A stretch of 64,000 bases of DNA, from NCBI GenBank assembly GCA_013416795.1, contig RQSC01000012.1:75042-139041 (forward strand). Reading direction: 5' to 3'. Source of the DNA: Prasinococcaceae sp. CCMP 1430 (Eukaryota; Plantae; Prasinodermophyta). The position numbers and the translations under genes are program-made. The notes beneath the pieces were generated by a model. The model saw only the letters and a list, made by a program, of their open reading frames with translations. It was not told the DNA's origin and made no database searches. This document shows positions 31,901-42,881 of the stretch, piece after piece; the first letter of the stretch is position 1, and each line of letters opens with the position of its first letter.

Positions 31901-33471
31901 TTGGCTGCGCTACCGTCGCAGGCTCGGTCGCCATCGTGATGGTGCACTTCTGGGCGGGACGGGCGCGGCACGGCGACGAGTGGCGCGGCATCGCGCCGTT
32001 CGAGGGCGGCAGGCACTTCGTGCTGCTGCAGGCGGCGGGATGGTCGTGCGTGTCGAGTGCCCTGGTGCTCGCCATTGTGGACATCTTCGTCACGGGCCGC
32101 GCCGACACGACCGGCGTGGCGACCATCTACGGACTCCTCACGATGGCGGGCCACAGGGCGCTCGCAGACTCGCTCGACGTGTACCACCATCATCCTGCTG
32201 GCCAGGGCGCACTGCCACCGACGGGCCCCATTCTCAATCCGCCCAGGCGTCGCGCCGCGTCGCAAAGGGACGGCGGGGACAGCACAAGGTCCGTCGGCAG
32301 TACCCGCAGCGGCGCGTGTGGCGTCTTGGCGCTGCTGTGGGACACCGCGTGCATGGGCGTGCGACAGACACCCCTGGGCTCGGTGGTCGCCTCGGCGAGC
32401 CTCATGCTGTTCGCGGTAGCCGATGCGATGCTCCTGATGGACGCGCGCGCGAGTGGAGCCGCACGCGGCGTGCCGCCCTCGCCGCACCTCCTTCCCGCGC
32501 TGGTGTGTGCGTCTGTGGCGATGCTCGGCAGCGGGCCGCTCGGCATGATGGCACGCGAGGGCACCGCTGCCAGGGGCGCGACCGGAGGTGCGCGGCTGCT
32601 GTACGACGGCGCGCCCGCCCTGCAGGTCTTCGGAGGCCTACTGTGGTCGTCGGCCACGGTGCTGCTGCTTACGCTCGTCGGCCACGCCGCCGTTGCGACG
32701 GCCGACAACGCCCACGGAGACGCCGAGGCCGCGCGTAGCTTGAAGGACGGGCTCGGGGCATTCGCAATCTCAGCGGGCGCGGAGCACGCGCACGCGGACT
32801 ACCCTCCGCCGGGCGTGTTCACCCTCTGCGCACTCGCGGGCTTGGCGGGTCAGGTGGCCATTGCGGCGGCCGTCGGCGTCGATCGCGCCCTGACGCCGAT
32901 GCAGCGCTTCCGGAGGCACGTCCTGAGGAGCCTCGGGCTGCGCGTCTGCACCGCATGCGGCGGCAGGACGCGACTCGGAGCTTGCTCGTGGGCCGTTGAG
33001 GCCGAACATGATGGCTCGGGGGCACCCAACGAGGCGCCCCGCCCCGCTCCTGGTCCCGGGTCGGGGCTGCTAGCGCGCAGCGTCCTCGCGGCGCGCGCGC
33101 ACAACGCCTCCGCGCGCGCATGCCCGCTTCTCGCGCTTCCCACCGAGGTGCTGCACCGGATCTGTGCCGAGGTTGCCGGCACGCCCACCGCTGCGACGGG
33201 CGGAGGGGACGAGCCGGAGGACTGGGCGGACGACGCGGGCGGCGTGAGCGCGGGCGCCGCCGCGGCGCTGCAGTGCGCGGCCGACGTGGCATCCCTCTCG
33301 TTGGTGTGTCGGCGGACGGCGGCGCTCACGCGCGTGCCCATGACGGCGGCGCGTGGCGCCGAGGGGAGGCGGAGGGAGGCGGAGCGCGACGCGCAGGCGC
33401 GCGCGCGCGCGCAGGCGCGCGTGCTCGCGTGGGTTCTGCCGGGCGTCATGCGCCCGCTGGTGATGCACTGA
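28978..33471 (+). CDS. ~1500-aa intronless multi-pass membrane protein with repeated PFxGGxxFVxxQxxGW modules and an F-box-like C-terminus; start uncertain
   Basis: Repeats at ~29521, ~30295, ~31981 plus degenerate copies; many hydrophobic helices; LLALPTEVLHRICAEV...ADVASLSLVCRR. Confidence 0.75.
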   Translation: MGFAGAFAALGALGVAAHACVDASVVLYVYDARGVIDDHDDHHEPASVELEGHKIQEERAQDSDATSAEAADTSSRVPDDTPAAAGGRAAAGAAANGEALFISRSLWFSRTRLGRLGAVLQASSAALLVLAALLARPPSTAAVVGLPDAFVRSLAAASGAGTALAACVAHGALGRGVLGARGYRLWAPFEGGCAFVCLQAVGWALLTVHHIALICVLPLGGFGGGDRGTVLLAAVGVGSAAVLALMASVGHFDGRETRHARALARRARALRQGPPRARARPILSTTSATSSADASTSSTPRSAPLPPASLSTAFAQAPTRGWCGESAVASCLLVASSAMASLLLLCRQRQDEGGGAAQGAVASSVKVALHRAHGIVGIGDSGCAGGADVGAGARAALRLVPMLALPMSYEWALRIACAAIHLAGPIAHFGGTRLHPPGVYRFYQPFKGGSAFVIAQTLGWCMYGVSALASLVTLSKSSSHAGGEVALDGQEVAALFPLAFLAQATLLASVPYFDPGATGADGVFRKSTSTEQDEDDVRNANALEHAPSRVQDVDARWRSSTEMPRARAQRAPRAAHAPTHARTRAPRHLLARARNDLGVGAQPAASGTLLSRWTADSMFALVLSCLAAVTVGGASAARLLPERLRAPLSAVAPDANLEAARAPLVAAAMAAYALALGVGVALGGTPEQRSICWMSKRRVLQQCFGFSLAVLAMIGQLVLLHNDGMAGIAGSAAVHTNEAFPVGSSAMVAAQSRSAAACLGLAFVQLLANWFVIASIATADSDVLERAAAKEAREAQARAQRLLRLCSAVARENATAALEEPVEQGERVARGGARIEATASVARALRQAAAVRSMRERPQLVSLLEALASDVTQSSDAATNSTTIAPARSTSLQQAGAMGLSAAAAAATPGDPSQHQRHNRAQLRRGTSLAVATGAVLLALLADAVQWDPRAHTTVASRVGPAVLSSTGAARVLLLGCATVAGSVAIVMVHFWAGRARHGDEWRGIAPFEGGRHFVLLQAAGWSCVSSALVLAIVDIFVTGRADTTGVATIYGLLTMAGHRALADSLDVYHHHPAGQGALPPTGPILNPPRRRAASQRDGGDSTRSVGSTRSGACGVLALLWDTACMGVRQTPLGSVVASASLMLFAVADAMLLMDARASGAARGVPPSPHLLPALVCASVAMLGSGPLGMMAREGTAARGATGGARLLYDGAPALQVFGGLLWSSATVLLLTLVGHAAVATADNAHGDAEAARSLKDGLGAFAISAGAEHAHADYPPPGVFTLCALAGLAGQVAIAAAVGVDRALTPMQRFRRHVLRSLGLRVCTACGGRTRLGACSWAVEAEHDGSGAPNEAPRPAPGPGSGLLARSVLAARAHNASARACPLLALPTEVLHRICAEVAGTPTAATGGGDEPEDWADDAGGVSAGAAAALQCAADVASLSLVCRRTAALTRVPMTAARGAEGRRREAERDAQARARAQARVLAWVLPGVMRPLVMH

Positions 33472-33600
33472 AGTGAGTGCGTCCTTCATGGTCAAGACAT
33501 TGTTGGTCAAGAAATTGTTATCGTACATACAGATGCGTGTGCGCACGCGCGCGTGTGTGCGAGCGCGTGCACAGTGACGCTGCGCGCGCGCGTGCGCGCG

Positions 33601-34530
33601 CTACGCAGTCGTGGCCTCGCCCGCCCTCGCCGCGTCGGGAGCGCCGCTCCCACCAGCACCCCCGGGGCCACCCCCCCCCTGACCGTCGTCGACCACGAGG
33701 TGGCCGTGCACCTGCTTGGACTCGACCCACCCGGCCGCGCTCGGCGGCCACGCGCGCGCGAACACGACGCCCTTGAGCATCGCGCGCGGCACGGGCCCGT
33801 AGTAGCGGCTGTCGGTGCTGTTGTGGAGGTTGTCGCCTGGCGAGCGCGCGACGGCGACGGCGCACGCGCGCGGCTGGGTGAGCACGAGCTCTCTCGCGCA
33901 CTCGAGCACGCGCGCCACGCAACGCACAGGCATAAGCACACACACGTAACACGAGTGCACTCGCGCGCGCGCACACGCACGCACGCACACGAGCGCTCCC
34001 TCCAGCACACGGCGCGCCGCGCGCCCTCACCCTGCAGCCACACGTGCCCGCCGGGAACGGTGATGCACGCCCCGTCGGGCAGCGCCCCGCGGCCGGCCGC
34101 CGCGGGGGCGCCGCCGTGATCCACGCGCACCGTCTGGCCCTCGACGGCCAGCACGCGCTTCACGACGTCGTTGCGCGGGTCGGTGGGCGAAGCGGCAACC
34201 ACCTGCGTGGCCACAGTGCGCGTGCGCGTGCATGTGTGTGCGCGTGTGCGTTAGCGCACGTTTGCACGCGGCGTATGCGTACGCGCTCGCGTATGTGTGC
34301 GCTTGGCGAGGCGCGCACGCACCACGTCGCCGGCTCCGATGGCATCGACGGCCGCGACGGTCTTGTTGCTGACGCAGATGTCTCCGCGCGCGTTGAACGT
34401 CGGCAGCATGGACGGCCCAACGCTGTGGTGCAGCTCGCCGACGTACGCCTGCGTGCCATAGAGCAGCGCCGCCGCGCGCAGCAGGCCCGGCGCGAGCTCG
34501 GCGGCGTCGCGCAGCGCGGCGCCCAGCGCC
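33601..34530 (-). CDS. IMP1: Mitochondrial inner-membrane peptidase IMP1-like (S26); 3+ exons; first exon unclear
   Basis: [15 protein letters not shown]|V..SP.DP...[14 protein letters not shown]|[15 protein letters not shown]. Confidence 0.9.
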
Positions 34531-34905
34531 TGAGTGTTTCATGGAAGACCTGGTCGCAGTCGGCACGAGCCAGTTTGCCCGCGCGCGCGGTGTGGCGCAC
34601 ACAGCGTGTGATACAATTAGTTTTGATATACATTATGAACCCTCTTAAAAATACCCTAAACAAAACTGTTCAATGACCATTGACGCAAGACCGCTGGCAG
34701 CGTGCTCGCGCGCACACACACGCGCGCGCACACACACGGGCGCGCGCACACACACGCGCACACAGACCCACGCACCCACCACGTGCATGCGCGCGTGCGT
34801 GCGCCGACACGCGCCAACACACGCGCGGCGCCGCTTCCGTGAGAAGCTCCCTTACAGTACAGTACAGGGACAACTCCCGTCCGCGCGTGCCACACCGCCC
34901 CTTCG

Positions 34906-35324
34906 TCAGACGGCCTCCTGGGCGCCGCCGCCGGCGACGGCACGGGCTCGAGCGCCCTCCTCGCCGCCGAGGCGTTTTCCGAGGCGTTCGCCGGCGCGCT
35001 CCTCCTTCGGGTCCTCCACGCCCACCCCGCTGCCGCCGCCTTCGTTCGCGCCGTCGTCGGCGCCTGGGCCGAGGGCGGGCTCGAAGAGCCACACGGCGGC
35101 GACCCACAGCCCCACGGCGACGCACTGCACCAGCAGGAGGTAGCCGACGGCGTCCATCCGCCACGCCTGCGCCGCGGCGGTGGTGAGGCACTGCGACGAC
35201 GCGATGAAGGTCACCGCCGCCATGCTGGCGACCTGCGAAGGCACGCGGCCGTCCGTGCGTGCGTCCGTTCGCGGCGCGCGGCGAGACGTCCGCGGCTCCT
35301 CCGGCCGAGTCAGTCAGCAACAAT

Positions 35325-35390
<66 letters not shown>

Positions 35391-36071
35391 AATGCTCGCT
35401 CGCCCGCCCGCCCGCCCGCCCGCACGCACCAGCGAGTACGCCGCGACGGCTCCCGAAAACCGCAGCAACCCCGCGGCGAGCATGAGCGCGCCGTGCGCCG
35501 CGTGCGCCAGCGCGGCGTGCTCGCCCGACTGGTGCTGGCTGTGCACCGCCATCATGAAGGCGGTCGCCGCGTACGGCACGAGCATGTGCACGCCGCAGAC
35601 GAGGCCGCGGCGGAGCAGCACGCGGCCCAGCGCGCCGCTGGCCACCCACAGGAGCGCCTGGAAGGTGTGCTGCTGGTCCTTCATGGAGCGCATGTCCAGC
35701 GACCTGTGTCCACGTGTGTGCGGGTGCCCGTGTCAGCGCTCATCACGCGCGTGGGCGCGTAGGCGCGCCTGCGCGCGTGCGCGCGCGTGCGTACCTGCCG
35801 CCGCCCGCGCCGGGCAGCAGGCCGAGGTCGCGCAGGGCGCCGCCGCCCTCGCCCACCGTGAAGATGAGCAGGAAGGTGAGACCGAGCGCCGACATCAGCC
35901 GGCTCTCCTGCGCCTGCAGCGCAGCGCGCAGCGCGCGCAACGCCTGCGGGGAGGAGGTGCGGGAGGTGCCCAGCGGCCTTTGTGTGTGTGTGTGTGCGCG
36001 TGTGTATGTGCGTACATGTGTGTGTGTGTGTGTGTGTGCGTGTGCGCGCGTGCGTATGTGCGTGCGTGTTT

Positions 36072-36132
<61 letters not shown>

Positions 36133-36565
36133 TGTGTGTGTGTGCGTGTGTGTGTGAGCGGTGGTGCGTCAGATGTCCGTATAAGCATGGCGCGCGCTAA
36201 CATGGCGTGCGCGCGCCGCGCAACACACCTCGCGGGGGAGGAGCAGGCGAGGGCGGAGGCTGCCCCGCGCGCTGCAGGCGCAGCGTACGCGGCGGAGAGC
36301 ACCGCCACGCCGAGCACGAACCCCCCAGGGGCGAGGTGGCCCAGCTCCTGGTGCACCACCCTGTCGGCGCCGTAGGCGGCGTTGCGCAGGCAGCCCGCGG
36401 CGGACCACACGCCGCTCAGCGACGCCAGGAAGGCGGCGCCCACGCACAGCGCCGCGCACCAGCGCCAGCCGGAGGCGCGGAAGCCGCACAGCCAGCGGCC
36501 GGACGCCCTCAGTGCCCCCTCCAACGCCGAAGACGCGCAAGCTAGCGCCGTCACTGGCAACGCCC
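34906..36565 (-). CDS. His-rich multi-pass membrane protein, Ytp1/DUF716(TMEM45)-like; at least 4 exons
   Basis: [14 protein letters not shown]...[34 protein letters not shown]. Confidence 0.6.
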
Positions 36566-37150
36566 TTGCGTGTGTGTATGTGTGTGTGTGCGTGTGTGTG
36601 TGTGCGTGCGTGCGTGCGCGCGAGTCAGGCGTGTGTGCATGCATGTGTGCAAGCGCGCATGTGCGCATATGTGTGTGAGTGCGTGAGCGCGCAGTCGGCG
36701 CGACGGACTTCTTGGAGCTCTTGGCCTGCGACGACAGCCGCGCGTCGGGCGTGCGTGCGTGCGTGCGTGCGTGCGCGCCTGCGTCAGTTGCGCGCCCACA
36801 CGCGCGCTCGTGCATGTGTGCACGCCTGTGTATACACACACACACACACGCGAGCGCACGCACACACACACACACGCGCGCGCACGCACGCACACACACA
36901 CGCACACGCACACGCACCGCGCCGGCCCCCGCGTCGGGCATCGCTGCGCGGCAGACCACCCCCGCGGCGACCCAGGTGGCGCGAACGCGCGCCCGCACTG
37001 CGCACGCGCGCTTTTTCCTGCAGCGGAACAGTACCAAGGCAGGTGGCAATGCTGCATTTCTTCTTTGGCGCGGGTGCGGGCATGCTGCGTCGCGCGTGTG
37101 GTCTGGTACATCACCCGCACGCGCGCGGCTGGCGCTGTGACGGACGGAAC

Positions 37151-38758
37151 ATGGTCCCACCGCCTACCCCACCGCCCGTGGCGCCTCCCGCCCCCGGGCC
37201 GAGCACCTCTTCTAACCTTAAGGAGGCTGGCGAATATCTCAACGGCGTGCTGCAACAGCAACTCGAGACGTTGAGCAACGAAGCGTTCGAGACAAGCCTT
37301 GTTGTGGCGGACACATACAAAAGACTCGGCTGCGTGTACCAGGTGCAGGGCCGCCTGTCCGAGGCGCTGGAGATGTACGAACGCGACAAGACCATCACGC
37401 GCGCGGCGCTCGGGGAGGTGGAGTTCGAGACGAGCCTGAATGCGGCGAGCACATACCACAACATCGGCACCGTGTACCAGGTGCAGGGCCGCCTGTCCGA
37501 GGCGCTGGAGATGTACGAGCGGAGCCATGTTATCATGCGCGCGGCGCTCGGAGAGGAGGCGTTCGAGACGAGCCTGGATGCGGCGGAAACATTCAACTGC
37601 ATCGGCATCGTGTACAAGGCGCAGGGTCGCCTGACCGAGGCGCTGGAGATGTACGAGCAGAGCCAGGACATTAGGCGCGCGGCGCTCGGAGAGGAGGAGT
37701 TCGAGAAGAGCCTAGATGCGGCGAACACATACAACAACATCGGCAACGTGTACAAGGCGCAGGGCCGCCTGTCAGAGGCGCTGGAGATGCACGAGCTGAG
37801 CCAGGACATCAGGCGCGCGGCGCTCGGAGAGGAGGCGTTCGAGACGAGCCTGGATGCGGCGGGCACATTCAACAACATCGGCAGCGTGTATAGGGTGCAG
37901 GGCCGCCTGTCTGAGGCGCTGGAGATGCACGAGCGGAGCCAGGACATCAGGCGCGCGGCGCTCGGAGAGGAGGCTTTTGAGAAGAACCTGGATGCAGCGA
38001 TCGCATACAACAACATCGGCGAAGTGTATCGGGTGCAGGGCCGCCTGTCCTTGGCGCGGAAGATGTACGAGCGGAGCCAGGACATCACTCGCGCGGCGCT
38101 CGGAGAGGAGGCGTTCGAGACGAACATGAGTGTTGCGATCACATACAACAACATCGGCGAAGTGTACAAGGCGCAGGGTCGCCTGTCCGAGGCGCTGGAG
38201 ATGTACGAGCGGAGCCTGGCCATCACGCGCGCGGTGCTCGGAGAGGAGGCGTTCGCGACGAGCCTGGATGCGGCGGACACATACAACAACATCGGCGAAG
38301 TGTACAAGGCGCAGGGTCGCCTGTCCGAGGCGCTGGAGATGTACGAGCGGTGCCAGACCATGATGCGCGAGGTGCTCGGAGAGGAGGCGTTCTTGACGAG
38401 CCTGGATGTTGCGTATACGGACCACAACATCGGCAAAGTTCACCATGCCCAGAACCACCTGCCCGAGGCCCTGGAGATGTTCAATCACAGCCTCGACATC
38501 ACGCGTGATAAGTTGGGCGAGGAGGTGTCCCCATACATTGGACTATATATCAGCAGCACTGGCCTCGTTTACATTGACCAGGGTGACCTTGACGACGCCG
38601 AGACTTCTCTGCGAAAGGCTTTGGCCATCTTTGAGGCTGCGGGCCTCGTTGCGGAGCACGAATATGTTAGGGAAGCCCGCAGCGGTCTGGAACGTATCGA
38701 CGAGCGTAGCTTCGTCATCGTTGGCCGTGAAAGATTGGAACCTTGGGGGTCTTCTTGA
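37151..38758 (+). CDS. Intronless TPR-array protein (kinesin-light-chain-type TPRs)
   Basis: About 9-10 repeats of consensus LDAAxTYNNIGxVYKAQGRLSEALEMYERSQDIRRAALGEEAFETS. Confidence 0.92.
   Translation: MVPPPTPPPVAPPAPGPSTSSNLKEAGEYLNGVLQQQLETLSNEAFETSLVVADTYKRLGCVYQVQGRLSEALEMYERDKTITRAALGEVEFETSLNAASTYHNIGTVYQVQGRLSEALEMYERSHVIMRAALGEEAFETSLDAAETFNCIGIVYKAQGRLTEALEMYEQSQDIRRAALGEEEFEKSLDAANTYNNIGNVYKAQGRLSEALEMHELSQDIRRAALGEEAFETSLDAAGTFNNIGSVYRVQGRLSEALEMHERSQDIRRAALGEEAFEKNLDAAIAYNNIGEVYRVQGRLSLARKMYERSQDITRAALGEEAFETNMSVAITYNNIGEVYKAQGRLSEALEMYERSLAITRAVLGEEAFATSLDAADTYNNIGEVYKAQGRLSEALEMYERCQTMMREVLGEEAFLTSLDVAYTDHNIGKVHHAQNHLPEALEMFNHSLDITRDKLGEEVSPYIGLYISSTGLVYIDQGDLDDAETSLRKALAIFEAAGLVAEHEYVREARSGLERIDERSFVIVGRERLEPWGSS
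37298..38520 (+). repeat. 138-bp tandem coding repeat, ~9 copies with high nucleotide identity
   Basis: The core (consensus gcagggccgcctgtccgaggcgctggagatg) recurs every 138 bp. Confidence 0.95.
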
Positions 38759-39062
38759 CTGTCTCGGTCTCGATCTTAGTGGTTGTACCAAGTATAGTAG
38801 TAGGTAGTGCACGCCAAGCACGCTTCGAGCCTACCGTTGTGCGTAGCCAGCGACGTCTGACACCGTCAGTCATGAGAAGGAGTTTAAGGCAGGCGTTTCT
38901 TACGCCGGGACGGGATCAGTTACGGTTTCGAATATTACAAGACTAATCGCAAGCGCGCTCTCGTGCATGCCTGTGCGAATGCCAACACGCCACGCGCGCG
39001 CACGCGCAGCTGCACACGGTTCCCGCCGCGATAGCCATGTGCCGTATTATGATGCCCTTCCT

Positions 39063-39551
39063 TCAGCCCCCACTCGCGTCCACGGCGCTACCCACGCCAG
39101 ACTCCAGCAGGAAGTCGAGGGCGGCGCACACGGCCGCGACCTGAGCGGCGTTGCACTGCTCCGGCGTCGCGCTCGGCGAGTCCGGGTAGACCTCGGTGGT
39201 GGTGGCGTATGGCGCGTTGGTCACGCCGGCGCACAGCCCCAGGGCGCTGGGCGGCGGGATGCCGATGACGCCTTCCTGGATCACCTCCTCGCCGATGATC
39301 TTGCCGCCGGCGTCCGCTGGCGCGATGTGTGTCACGGCGCGCACCGCCTCGATGATCGCTGCTTGCCACGCCGCCTGCGGGTTGGTGCTGTCCGCAACGA
39401 GATAGAAGCCGTCGGGAATCTCGTCCCTTGGGGGGCTCACCTCGCCGTCGCGTGCTGCCTTGGCGGGCCGGAACTCGGTCTCGTCGGTGTCGGTTGTCTC
39501 GTGCAGATCCACGTGGCACGTCCACTGCGCCACGCCCAGCGACTTCAGCAG
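39063..39551 (-). pseudogene. C-terminal half of a bacterial-type M14 (succinylglutamate desuccinylase/aspartoacylase-like) peptidase; N-terminal half missing
   Basis: HVDLHETTDTDETEFRPAKAARDG, IPDGFYLV, THIAPAD..G.IIG, TTTEVYPDSP..TPEQCN.AQVAAV. Confidence 0.7.
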
Positions 39552-39839
39552 CATTACTTCATCAGCGCGTTGAGGACGAAGCACTGCGGCCGCGCCGGCG
39601 AGGGGCGGTCGGCGCAGGTCTCGCTGCTAGCGGGGTCGTCCTTGCTTGAGCCCTCCCTCTGGCCCCGCGAGCCCCACCCGTGCGCCCGTCGCGGCCGCTC
39701 CAGCCTGCGGCGCCTCGCTGCCCCTGCGCTCGAAGAAGAAGGCGCGTTTTCTTTTTTACCTTTTTTGCAATCAAAAAATGAAAAATAAAAGCACGTTCGC
39801 GCCAGTCGCGCGCCAGCGCGCGCGCGCCACACGCCGCGC

Positions 39840-41479
39840 CGTGCCGCAGCCCAGTGCCGCGGTTCCGCCGAGGAGGGCGAGGCCGAGGCGGAGGCGCAGG
39901 CGACGCGCGTGGCGCTGGCGGTCGAGTACTCCGGCGGCGCCTTCTCCGGGTGGGAGCGCAAGCCCGGCGACGTGCGCACCGTGCAGGGCGCCCTCGAGCG
40001 CGCCGCGCAGAGCGCGGGGCTGGTGGCGTCGAGCGGCGGTGAGGGCGAGCGCGCGCGCTCTCGTGCGCTCGCGCACGCGCACGCACACGCCAATGCGCGC
40101 GCGCACACACGCGCGCACACGTGCGCGTACGTGCATGCTCTCTTCGACGTGCCGTATGAGGCGCGCGCGCACACACACCACGTACACACACGCGCGCACG
40201 TGCGCATCTGACGCACACACACACACACACACACACGCGCGCACGGGCACACCAACTTGCTCGCAGGGGAGGCTGAGGGCGCGGTGGTGGTGGGCTCGAG
40301 CCGCACGGACGCGGGTGTGCACGCGGCGCGCAACGTGTGCCACCTCGACCTTCCCGCGGGCTGCCGCGTGCCCGCCGGCGCGGTCGCGCGCGCGCTCATT
40401 GGAGCGATTCCGGCTGCCGGCATCGCTGCTGCTGCAGCTGGAGCCGGGGGCGCCGGTGGCGGCGGTGGCGGCGGCGTGCGCGTGCTGCGGTCGGCGCCGT
40501 CGCCACACGAGGGCTGGCACGCGCGAGCACACGCAGCGCGGCGACGGTACAGGTGCGGTGTGTTTGTATGTGTGCGTGTGTGGTGTGTGTGTGCACGCGC
40601 GCGCGCGTGTGTGTGTGCATTTGCACGCACTGGCTCCTCCGCCCAGAGACACACGTGCTCACGCACATCTGACGCACACGCGCGCACACACACACTTGCA
40701 CGCGCGCCCACACAACCACGCACGAACACACACGCACACACACGCGCACGTACGCGCGGACACACACACACCCGCGCGCGCGTTCACACAGGTACCTCCT
40801 ACGCGCCTCCCCAGCGCCCGCGGACTCCTTCTGGGACGCCTACGCGTGGCGCTGCGCCTCGGCGCCGCTCGACGTCGGGGCCATGTGCGCCGCGGCGGAG
40901 GCGCTGCGCGGCGACGTGCGCCTCGGCGCCTTCGTCAAGCGCGAGCGCCACCGCCACCTGCGTGCAGGTATTGGCTGCGCGGCGCGCGCACACACACGCA
41001 TACACACACACACGCGAGCACGCGCCCTTCAAAGCGGACTCCTACGTGCACACGCGTATCTGACGCAGGGGGGCTCACACACGCACGCACACGCACACAC
41101 GCACACAGGCGCGGGCGAGGCTCCTGAGGTGCCCGCGTACGAGACGCACGTGTCGGACGTGTGCGTGTACGCCGCCGAGTCGCTGCCCGGCGTGGTGGTG
41201 GTGGAGCTCGAGGCGAGCCGCTTCTTCTACTCGACGGTGCGGCTGCTCGTGTGGGAGCTCGCGCGCGTGGGCAGGGGCCAGAGCAGCGCCGCGGACTTCG
41301 CGGCGCTCGTAGCCGCGGGTGCGGCGGGGCGCGCGGAGGTCACTTCGGCGGCGCCCGCGCACGCGCTGTGCCTGCTTCGCGTGTGCTACGACGCGCCGCA
41401 CGACCCCTTCGGCGGGGAGGAGCTGGGGACGGACTTTCCGCTCTTCGCGCAGGGGCCGCTCGAGGGCTTCTGCGCGTAG
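39840..41479 (+). CDS. truA: tRNA pseudouridine synthase A (TruA/Pus1-like); 4 exons; start codon not identified
   Basis: LAVEYSG..FSGW, TVQGALERA, SSRTDAGVHA, WHAR..A..RRYRY, F.Y..VR..V, APAHALCLLRVCY. Confidence 0.9.
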
Positions 41480-41753
41480 CACGCGGGAGCGCGCACGCCA
41501 CGGCGCAGGCAGGGAGTGTGTGTGGGAGAGGGGGGCTTGCGCGCGCGAGCGCACACACCCATACACACGTACACACGCACACACACACAGAAACACGCAA
41601 GTACGCAAACACAAACACAAACTCACACTCACACACACACGCACGTGCACGCACGCGAGCGCCGGCCGTGCGTGCGCGTGGGCACCGGAGGGGTAATACA
41701 CGCGAGCATGAATTGTCGCCAGCGGAGCAGAGCATCTCGGCGCGCTCGGCCGG

Positions 41754-42819
41754 TCAGTCGCTGTGCGGGTGCGCCTCGCCGGCCGCCCGCTGGCCGACGC
41801 CGAGCGCGGCGGCGATCATCGCGAGCAAGGCCCACAACGCCTCGACGACGCGCTCGAGGAAGGTGGCGGGCTCCTGCACCGCGGGCGCCTGCAGCGAGCT
41901 CACGAGGTGCTCGAACGCGGCGTCCTCGTCCCCGCCGAAGTCCTTGTGCGCGTGCGAGTGTGCGCACGCGTCGCGCGCGACGTCAGCACCGCCGGCAGCC
42001 TCACACGCCCACACTCACACGCCCGCACGCCCGCACCTTGTCCACGTCGAAGTCGAAGTCCTCCTCGTCGGCCTCGCCCTCGATGCCCGGCGGCGCGGGC
42101 ATCACCGCCGGCGCGGGCGGCGGCGGCGGTTTGAAGGTCATGGTGACGCGCAGCATGGACAGCCCGCCGCCCGAGGGGTCCTTGACACACAGCATGAGCT
42201 CGTCGTCGTTCTTGCGCTGCGCCACGTTGCGCTCCACGTGCGCCAAAAAGCTCTCCAGCGCCGGCGTGTCCACCGCCGGCGGGTCGCCCGGCCGCACTGC
42301 GCGCGCGCGCGTGCGTGTGCGTGTGCGCGCGTGCGTCAGATCCGCTCTCTCGCGCGGCATGCGTCCGGGCGTGCCGTCTATGAACCCCAACCCCTAACGC
42401 GACGCACCAAACCAGCCCACGGGAAAGCCGCGGTGCTTGCGCCACTCGTCGAGCAAGTGGATGGAGTTGCGCTTGTCCTTGAGGTCGATGACCACCACGA
42501 GGTCCTTCATCTTGCGCGCGGCGTCCTGCGCCAGCGCCGCGTCGAGCTCCGCCTTGATGTCGTTGAAGGACGCCTGGAGCACCTGCAGCGCCAGCTTCTG
42601 CACCTCCTTCGGAGGCAGACGCTCACGCTGCTCCTGCGACGGCTGCTCGTCCTGCTGCTTGCCCTGCTGCTCGCCCTGCTGCTGCTGCTCTCCTGCCGCC
42701 GTCGCGGGCTCGAGCTTGGCGATCGCCGCGGCCGCCGCCGCGTCGGCGTCCTCGCCCTCCTCCTCGGCGGCCGCTCCTGCCGCGGTCGCCGCCGCGGCCG
42801 AAGCCGCCGCGGCGGGCAA
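41754..42819 (-). CDS. Hypothetical acidic protein with a C-terminal TM (tail-anchor-like); 3 exons; 5' end lost at single N 42820
   Basis: In-frame GT-AG splicing; C-terminus VVEALWALLAMIAAALGVG. Confidence 0.6.
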
Positions 42820-42881
42820 NTGCGACGCTGCGGCGGTTCGCACGCGCGCGGTACGAAAGCTCGCGCGCGCAGGAGCAGGCG

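Noticed and set aside
37111-38436. Antisense repeat ORF opposite the TPR gene (likewise 56976-60473 opposite LOV-HK)
   Set aside because: Shadow ORFs caused by high GC3 and repeat periodicity; no independent motifs.
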